This document shows positions 57,607-64,000 of a stretch of DNA of 64,000 nt, piece by piece. The stretch's first letter is position 1, and the number at the start of each line of letters is the position of its first letter. Origin of the DNA: an uncultured Methanosarcinaceae archaeon. GTDB taxonomy: Archaea > Halobacteriota > Methanosarcinia > Methanosarcinales > Methanosarcinaceae. A program made the position numbers and the translations under genes. The stretch lies in contig CAVRJG010000053.1 of NCBI GenBank assembly GCA_963721455.1, forward strand, positions 96,001 through 160,000, given 5' to 3'. The notes beneath the pieces were generated by a model. It searched no databases. It had not been told where the DNA came from and worked only from the letters and a program-made list of their open reading frames with translations.

Positions 57607-57939
57607 ATGCCCAGAGAATTTACGCAGAAAGATATTGAGATTTTTAACAAGCTTGCTCCTGAAGCCGGGGGAAAGTTAATTTCCAGAGAAGTAGGACACC
57701 AATATCCCTTTATCCTGCGCCCGGTCTCACACAAGTTTGCCGAATCGCCTGAAGACTTCAGGAAAAGACTGGAGAGGCTGAACCCTGAGGAACTCGATTA
57801 CCTTGTAGAACTTGCCCTGGAAGGAAAGGAAGACGTTCAATCTCTGGACGAAGACCTTGAAGAGCTGGTTGCAGTAGTTACCGAAAAGCTGTCTCCTGAG
57901 AGGGCAAAGCAGCTAAAGGACTTCGTGGGAATCTTCTGA
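57607..57939 (+). CDS. Hypothetical protein
   Basis: 110-aa ORF between two same-strand housekeeping genes. Confidence 0.8.
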   Translation: MPREFTQKDIEIFNKLAPEAGGKLISREVGHQYPFILRPVSHKFAESPEDFRKRLERLNPEELDYLVELALEGKEDVQSLDEDLEELVAVVTEKLSPERAKQLKDFVGIF

Positions 57940-57962
57940 AAAGGATACAGGATATTTAAAAA

Positions 57963-58802
57963 ATGCCCCCGAAAAAACTGCTTTTCGGAACTGCAGGGAT
58001 TCCGAGAAGCACAAAAGGAAACAACAGTATCTCGGGAATCGAGAGGGTCAGGGAACTTGGCCTCGATTGTATGGAACTTGAGTTTGTCCAGGGAGTGCGC
58101 ATGGGCGAAAAAGGGGCTGGAAATGTCCTGGAAGCTGCAGAAAAGAGAAATATAGCCCTGAGTGTCCATGCACCTTATTATATCAACCTGAATTCTTCGG
58201 AAGAAGAAAAACTCAAGGCAAGTCTGGAGAGGATCTATCAGGCCGCCAGAATAGGCAGCCTCTGCGGAGCTGAGTCCATCGTATTACATGCGGCTTTTTA
58301 CCAGAAAAGCAGCAAACAGGACACCTATGAGAGAGTATCAAGAGCTCTGGAAGAGCTTACTGGACAGTTAAGGGACGAAGGAATTCCTGCAGTCCTGCGC
58401 CCTGAGACTATGGGCAAGCGTACGCAGTTCGGAACCCTTGAAGAAGTGCTTGCCCTGAGTGCTGAAATTGAAGGGGTTATGCCCTGCCTGGACTTTTCCC
58501 ATATGCATGCAAGGGAAGGAAAGGAAAATTCCTATTCCGAGTTTATGACAATTCTCTCTAAAGTAGAGGAAACCCTTGGAAAAGAAGGGCTTTCAAATAT
58601 GCATATGCATATCTCGGGAATAGAATATGATAAAAATGGGGAAAGAAAGCACCTGACTTTAAAAGAATCCGATTTTAATTACCCCGAACTTTTAAGAGCG
58701 ATTAAAGAATTCGAAATTGGAGGGCTCGTGATATGCGAAAGCCCTGTCCTGGAAGAAGACGCACTTCTGCTCAGGAAGACTTACGGTGAGTTAGAGATAT
58801 AA
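57963..58802 (+). CDS. nfo: Endonuclease IV / AP endonuclease family 2
   Basis: HAPYYINL, PETMGK..QFG, DFSHMHAR and HMHISG motifs. Confidence 0.9.
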   Translation: MPPKKLLFGTAGIPRSTKGNNSISGIERVRELGLDCMELEFVQGVRMGEKGAGNVLEAAEKRNIALSVHAPYYINLNSSEEEKLKASLERIYQAARIGSLCGAESIVLHAAFYQKSSKQDTYERVSRALEELTGQLRDEGIPAVLRPETMGKRTQFGTLEEVLALSAEIEGVMPCLDFSHMHAREGKENSYSEFMTILSKVEETLGKEGLSNMHMHISGIEYDKNGERKHLTLKESDFNYPELLRAIKEFEIGGLVICESPVLEEDALLLRKTYGELEI

Positions 58803-58856
58803 TCTCAATAATCCAATTATGTCCTCAATAATCCAATTAGAATCTCAAACTCCTTA

Positions 58857-60221
58857 TTAAGTCATACCAGGAGTTTCGGGACTGTCATCGGTCTCTTCAA
58901 GCCACTTGCAGCCTTCTTCTCTATTGGCTACTCCAACAGTGAATTCTATCCCGCTTTTTTCCACATACTCCCTTATCCTCTTCAGGGCATGGTCCACCAT
59001 ACCGCCTGCTGTAAGGATAAGGCAACGCTTTCCACAAAGAGCCATCAGGATGGATTTGTCTATAACGCCTGAAGTAACGTCCAGGTGGACCCCGTCATAC
59101 TCGGCAAGGGTCTTACTTTTCTTGCCCATTGCTCCTACAAAGACAACTTCTCCTTCCTTCAGAATCTGGTTCACCTCTGACAGGGAATAGATGTCAGTAT
59201 CATAAAGTAACACTCCGCCGGCTTTAATCCCTTTACGCTTCAGTTCAACAATAGCCCTCCCACCGGAATGGATATGCAGAACTGTGGCGTTAATAGCCTC
59301 GTAAGGAGATTGAGTCGCATATTCCCCATACATAACTCCAATGTTCAGGCTATCTCCTTCTCTGACTCTCGGAGGGACATCAACCCACATAAGGTCCAGG
59401 GGTTTTAAAGTATTGACAAGTTCAGGTATGGTTTTTGGAGAGTTTTTACCGTACGCAAGCCCTCGTCTTTCGATTTCGTGATAAATCTCAAGGGTGGTGG
59501 GCTGGCGGAGGCTTGCTTTTTTAAGAAGCTCCTGTTCTTTGAAGACCTCTGCGGGTGTTCCCTGCCCTATAAGTTTACTGTTTGACATGAGATATACATA
59601 GTCAGACCAGCGGTATGCCAGGTCCACGTCATGCGTAGAGATGATGATGGTGCTTCCGAAGTGGTTAAATTCGTTTAGCAGGTCCATTATTTCATCTGCG
59701 CCAACCGGATCAAGGTTTGAGAGGGGTTCGTCCAGGATAATTACTTCGGGTTCCATCGCCATAATCCCGGCAATTGCAACTCTCTTTTTCTGCCCTCCGC
59801 TGAGGTGATGGGGGGGCTTATCCTTCAAGCGGGAGAGACCTACCTGCTCAAGGGCTTGCTGCACGCGAGCATCGACCCTTTCTTTTGAATAACCCAGGTT
59901 TGCCGGCCCGAAAGCTACATCCTGGTACACTGTGGGGGCAAAGATCTGGTCATCGGAATTCTGAAAAACAATTCCTACGGATTTCCGGATTTCCCGGAGG
60001 GACTTTGAATCGTATTTAATGGGAACTCCATGGAAAAGGACCTCGCCTTCAGCTGGCTTTAAAGTCCCGTTAAGGAGGAGAAAAAGCGTGGACTTTCCTG
60101 AGCCGTTTTGCCCGACAAAGGCTACCTTTTTTCCTTTTTTGATTTCGATGTTCAGGTCCTGAACAGCTGCAGTCCCGTCCGGGTATTTGTATTTAAGGCC
60201 CCTGGTCTCAAGAATGATCAT
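58857..60221 (-). CDS. cbiO: Cobalt ECF transporter ATPase with C-terminal extension
   Basis: [16 protein letters not shown] and LDEP motifs; operon context. Confidence 0.93.
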   Translation of the reverse strand: MIILETRGLKYKYPDGTAAVQDLNIEIKKGKKVAFVGQNGSGKSTLFLLLNGTLKPAEGEVLFHGVPIKYDSKSLREIRKSVGIVFQNSDDQIFAPTVYQDVAFGPANLGYSKERVDARVQQALEQVGLSRLKDKPPHHLSGGQKKRVAIAGIMAMEPEVIILDEPLSNLDPVGADEIMDLLNEFNHFGSTIIISTHDVDLAYRWSDYVYLMSNSKLIGQGTPAEVFKEQELLKKASLRQPTTLEIYHEIERRGLAYGKNSPKTIPELVNTLKPLDLMWVDVPPRVREGDSLNIGVMYGEYATQSPYEAINATVLHIHSGGRAIVELKRKGIKAGGVLLYDTDIYSLSEVNQILKEGEVVFVGAMGKKSKTLAEYDGVHLDVTSGVIDKSILMALCGKRCLILTAGGMVDHALKRIREYVEKSGIEFTVGVANREEGCKWLEETDDSPETPGMT

Positions 60222-60232
60222 GATCTGTTACC

Positions 60233-61015
60233 TCAAACAATGGATATGTTTTTTGTAAAATAAAATAGTGCAAGAGTCGAAAGAAAGTAGGCAGAGGTCA
60301 AAAGCAATTCTGTTGCTCTTACAGGCCTGTGAACCTCGAAAAGAGTCATTTTTCCGTCATAGCACCTGGAATTCATGGCCAGGAAGAGTTTGTCTCCCTG
60401 CTCCCAGGACCTTATAAAAAGTGTGCTCCCGAGCATTCCTATGGAATTGAGGGATCGCCTGAAGTTGGAATACCCTAACCTGACCGTCTGCGCGTACTTA
60501 ATGCAAAGGGCCATATCCAGGAAAACAAAAATGTACCTGTAGATCAGCATTGAAAGCTCTATAAGGGATTCAGGAAGCCTGGAAGCTTTGAGCACGGCAA
60601 AGAGCTCTATCATGGGGGTTGTCAGCGCAAGAAAGTAAAGGCAGCACATCCCGCTTAAGGACCTTGAAAGCACCAGGAGGGCAAGTTCAAGCCCGTCTGC
60701 CCTTATCGAGAGAGGATACCCTATGAGTTCGAAGGATAGCAGTTCCTGCCCCGAACCTGAGAAAAAAGCAATGATGATCACACCTGTGAATGCAAAACCT
60801 ACCGGAGCAAGCAGAAGTTTCAGGTATAATTTTAAAGGAGCCCTGCCGAAGGCAACTGTTGTAAAGCTCATACAGAGGGCTATGAAAAGAGGGGTGATAG
60901 GGGACGTGGAAGAGACTCCGACAAGCAGCCCGAAAAGAACTATTGCCAGTTTCAACCAGTTGTTTCGGTGCCTGAGAGGGCTCATAAGGGCATAGTCATC
61001 AAGAATATTGGTCAT
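60233..61015 (-). CDS. cbiQ: Cobalt ECF transporter T component
   Basis: LIYRYIFV, AQTVRLG and AMNSRCY motifs. Confidence 0.93.
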   Translation of the reverse strand: MTNILDDYALMSPLRHRNNWLKLAIVLFGLLVGVSSTSPITPLFIALCMSFTTVAFGRAPLKLYLKLLLAPVGFAFTGVIIIAFFSGSGQELLSFELIGYPLSIRADGLELALLVLSRSLSGMCCLYFLALTTPMIELFAVLKASRLPESLIELSMLIYRYIFVFLDMALCIKYAQTVRLGYSNFRRSLNSIGMLGSTLFIRSWEQGDKLFLAMNSRCYDGKMTLFEVHRPVRATELLLTSAYFLSTLALFYFTKNISIV

Positions 61016-61131
61016 AAGGTAACCCGCAGATAAGTGGATGAAAACTAAAAATTAAAGGTTAAAAATAAAAGGCAAAAGATAAAAACTTTCCTACCTCAAA
61101 GGGAGGAAAGCAAACATGGAAGAAAAAGAGA

Positions 61132-61470
61132 TTATAGAGAATGTCCATCGCTTTCTGACTTTTTCCCTTTGTACCCAAGCTCATTTTCATAGTTTTTTTT
61201 GGCCCTGTAATAACCAAAGAAGTATCCGAGAATCCCTGCACCTATGGCTGCCTGAAGGCCGAAAAGCAGGCTTTCAATTTCTCCGCTTGGAGGCTCCCAG
61301 ATAGGTTCTGCAATTGGTTTGTAGGTCCCGCCAGTGATGTCATTTATCACGCCTTCAGCTTCTCCGTCAGCCCCTCCGTACTCCGCATCCGTGGTTGAAG
61401 ACATGTAAAAGAACTGCGCTGCAAAGATCAGGAGAATGGCAAGTACGATAATTTCCAGTTTCCTGCTCAC
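61132..61470 (-). CDS. cbiN: Cobalt transport protein CbiN
   Basis: GGADG...PIWEPPSGEIESLLFGLQAAIG. Confidence 0.95.
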   Translation of the reverse strand: MSRKLEIIVLAILLIFAAQFFYMSSTTDAEYGGADGEAEGVINDITGGTYKPIAEPIWEPPSGEIESLLFGLQAAIGAGILGYFFGYYRAKKNYENELGYKGKKSESDGHSL

Positions 61471-62162
61471 GCGGAAGTCCCCCTCAGTTTCCGCACAACT
61501 GCCTCTTCAAGGACTTTCATTTCCACGAGGATATCACTCTTGACATTAACTACATACTTAAAGAGCAGGGCACTGACAGCGCCTTCCATGATCGCAAGGG
61601 GCAGCTGAGTCACTGCAAAGATAGCCGCAAATCTGGTAAATGAGGCAAGGACTCCTCCGGAAGCCGCCGGGAAAGCCAGGGCAAGTTCCACAGAGGTAGT
61701 TACATAAGTAGCCCAATCCCCAAAGGCTGTAGCGAGAAAGACGACAAGATAGAAGTTAAGCCTTGCTTTCATCCCTGCTTTATATATAAAATACGACACA
61801 AAAGGGCCCACAATACCCATGGAAAAGACATTTGCTCCAAGGGTTGTCAGGCCGCCATGTGCGAGGAAAAGAGCCTGGTAGATGAGCACGATGGTCCCGA
61901 GAACGGCGGAAATCGCAGGCCCGAAGATGATCGCAGAAACACCGGTTCCTGTAGGATGAGAGCAACTTCCGGTTACCGAAGGTAGTTTCAGGGAGGACAG
62001 CACAAAAATAAACGCACCTGCAACAGCCAGAAGAGGCAATATCTCGCGTTTTTCTTTTACCAGTCCATTCAATTTATGGATTCCGTACATTATCACCGGA
62101 ATAGATACTGCAAACCAGATCTGCCACCAGGGCGTCGGTAAAAAGCCTTCCATTATATGCAT
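61467..62162 (-). CDS. cbiM: Cobalt ECF transporter S component
   Basis: N-terminal MHIMEGFLP, SCSHPTG and AHGGLTTLGAN motifs. Confidence 0.97.
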   Translation of the reverse strand: MHIMEGFLPTPWWQIWFAVSIPVIMYGIHKLNGLVKEKREILPLLAVAGAFIFVLSSLKLPSVTGSCSHPTGTGVSAIIFGPAISAVLGTIVLIYQALFLAHGGLTTLGANVFSMGIVGPFVSYFIYKAGMKARLNFYLVVFLATAFGDWATYVTTSVELALAFPAASGGVLASFTRFAAIFAVTQLPLAIMEGAVSALLFKYVVNVKSDILVEMKVLEEAVVRKLRGTSA

Positions 62163-62516
62163 TGGGTCACCGTCGGGATATCAAGTAAATATTAATGAGC
62201 TTAAGACAAGTTAAATTGCGTTATTCCTTACATAAAGGTTACGGTGAAGAGGAAGCAGGCGCATGAGAGCCTATAAAATTAATTTAGAGGTGACAATATT
62301 TGTAAGATAAAAAGAATCTGGAGCAGAACAAGCAAACATGAATAATATTAAGTATAAATCGGAAAAAATATCCTCTGCTTTTTTGATTATGCAATCTAGC
62401 TCTGTCCAGTAAAACCAAAGCAAGAAGCTCAGTAATAAATTATCGTATTTATATTTCATGCGTCATCGGTTAAGCATTAAGTAATCACTTCTGTATGTGT
62501 TTTTATAATAATAATC

Positions 62517-62660
62517 CATTTGTATTCGGTTAAGGAATCTGTTAACCTTAAAATGACTACTGCAATCATCTATTCATCTCGATTTACATTTATAGGTTTA
62601 CAGAAACGGCAACGAAAATAACACATTTCTTATCGATCGTATCTTAACCGAATACAAATG
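62517..62660. mobile_element. Probable MITE
   Basis: Perfect 18-bp IRs catttgtattcggttaag and cttaaccgaatacaaatg; related half-sites near 25060 and 62459. Confidence 0.7.
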
Positions 62661-62785
62661 TATATTCCTAGTCGTCATAACAAATACTTCACAAAAACAT
62701 ACCCTTGAAAATAAAGCCAAAATTTGAACATTGACGACATACTAATTATTTTTGGTTAACAATTACAATAAAAAACAATTACAAT

Positions 62786-63406
62786 CAAAGTTGCGCTGGC
62801 GCACCCCGCTGCAAGCAACGGGGTATGTTCGCGCCACCGCTGTGGTTTTAGTGGTTATTAAAAATCGAATATTCTCATTTGCTGATATGCTTCTTTTTCT
62901 TCCTCGTTTCCCTGATTTTCAACATAGTTTTTGATAATATCGGAAGTTGTTCCGTCTCCTACAGTTCCGATATATCCTCCATCACTCCAGAGTTCACCAC
63001 CCCAAAGCTGTTTTTTAATCTCAGGATATTGCTTAAAAATATGTCTTGCTGTAATGCTTTTTATTATCTGCATTACTCTTGAAGGAGAATACTTCGGCTC
63101 AGCACCAACAAAAAGATGGACATGATCACCATCACCACCAATTGCATCAAATTCAAAGCAGTACCTTTCACCAATCTCAAAACAGACGGTTTTCAAAAAA
63201 GTAATCAGTTCTGTCTCTAAAAGAAGCTTTTTCCGATACTTAATACAAAAAACCATGTGGTATCTTATTTTATAGACACAATGATTTGCATGTCGGAGTT
63301 CCATTTACAGTACAAATGTAACTAAAAATATAAAGCGATTATTTAACAACGGTTATCGGGGAAGTTTTCCATCCCCGCAGCAAGCTGCGGGGTATTCGAC
63401 TGAAAT
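62786..63406 (-). mobile_element. tnpA: IS200/IS605-family element, tnpA only (CDS 62858-63304)
   Basis: YHMVFCIKYR, HUH motif DHVHLF and catalytic YVENQ; subterminal ccccgc..gcaagc..cgggg hairpins at both ends; no TSD. Confidence 0.95.
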
Positions 63407-63662
63407 AAAAAACAATTACAATAAAAAACAATTATAATAAAAAAACAATTATAATAAAAAAACAATTACAATAAAAAACAATTACAATAAAAAACAATTA
63501 CAATAAAAAACAATTATAATAAAAAAACAATTACAATAAAAAACAATTACAATAAAAAACAATTACAATAAAAAACAATTATAATAAAAAAACAATTACA
63601 ATAAAAAACAATTACAATAAAAAACAATTACAATAAAAAACAATTATAATAAAAAAACAATT
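63407..63662. repeat. Tandem array of AAAAAACAATTAYAAT (16-17 bp, about 15 units; 2 more at 62758-62785)
   Basis: Directly visible; no spacers. Confidence 0.95.
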
Positions 63663-64000
63663 GCAGTATAACGTATTTGCTCGTGTTCCTTTGTTCATTT
63701 TTGAAGACTAATTATAATGACTCTGTAGAAATTCTCTCTGAACTTGTTTTCACTAGGCTCAATTTGAACCTAGAAACTTGACGCTACAAGCCCATTTCAA
63801 AATACCTGTTATATTACAGTACTCAAAAATTTGACTTTGAATTAATAGAAAGATTGGCACGCTACTCAGTTATCAAATTCAAAATCAAGGGATGCTCATT
63901 TTGTAGTCAAAATCTGCATCATATTTTGTGTAGTCAGAAGTAAGCTCTTCGCCTTGTTGTATATCTCTTGCAGCGAAAGTTATTCCTTCGTTCTCTTCTT

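Noticed and set aside
62163-62760. Cobalamin riboswitch or NikR operator upstream of cbiM
   Set aside because: No B12-box or convincing dyad recognised; the long inverted repeat fits a MITE better
62786-63406. TnpB/omegaRNA system
   Set aside because: No tnpB ORF; the element has room only for tnpA
63407-63662. CRISPR array
   Set aside because: Contiguous 16-17 bp units with no unique spacers and no cas genes

Overview
Chromosomal window from a methanogenic archaeon, most likely Methanosarcina. The evidence is bacterial-type gyrBA next to archaeal topoisomerase VI, radA, a PAS/HisKA_2 kinase, cbiMNQO, and typical IS and MITE families. Housekeeping blocks lie at 1-10 kb, 19-25 kb, 28-31 kb and 51-62 kb. 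They alternate with AT-rich accessory regions full of IS elements (IS1634, IS630, IS701, IS200/605, an IS6 remnant), MITEs and pseudogenes. Main signals: (1) a dispersed set of small low-complexity or secreted peptide genes; three share a signal-peptide module, and an overlapping set of three shares a promoter palindrome and a covarying leader hairpin; two ORFs in the set are missing from the ORF track. (2) A 1106-aa TPR protein with a C-terminal HEPN-like RxxxxH motif. (3) A two-gene candidate conflict module whose second gene is restored in frame by removing a 120-bp MITE. (4) Tandem paralogous GC-rich stem-loops at 32.3-32.7 kb. All calls come from reading the sequence; no searches were run.
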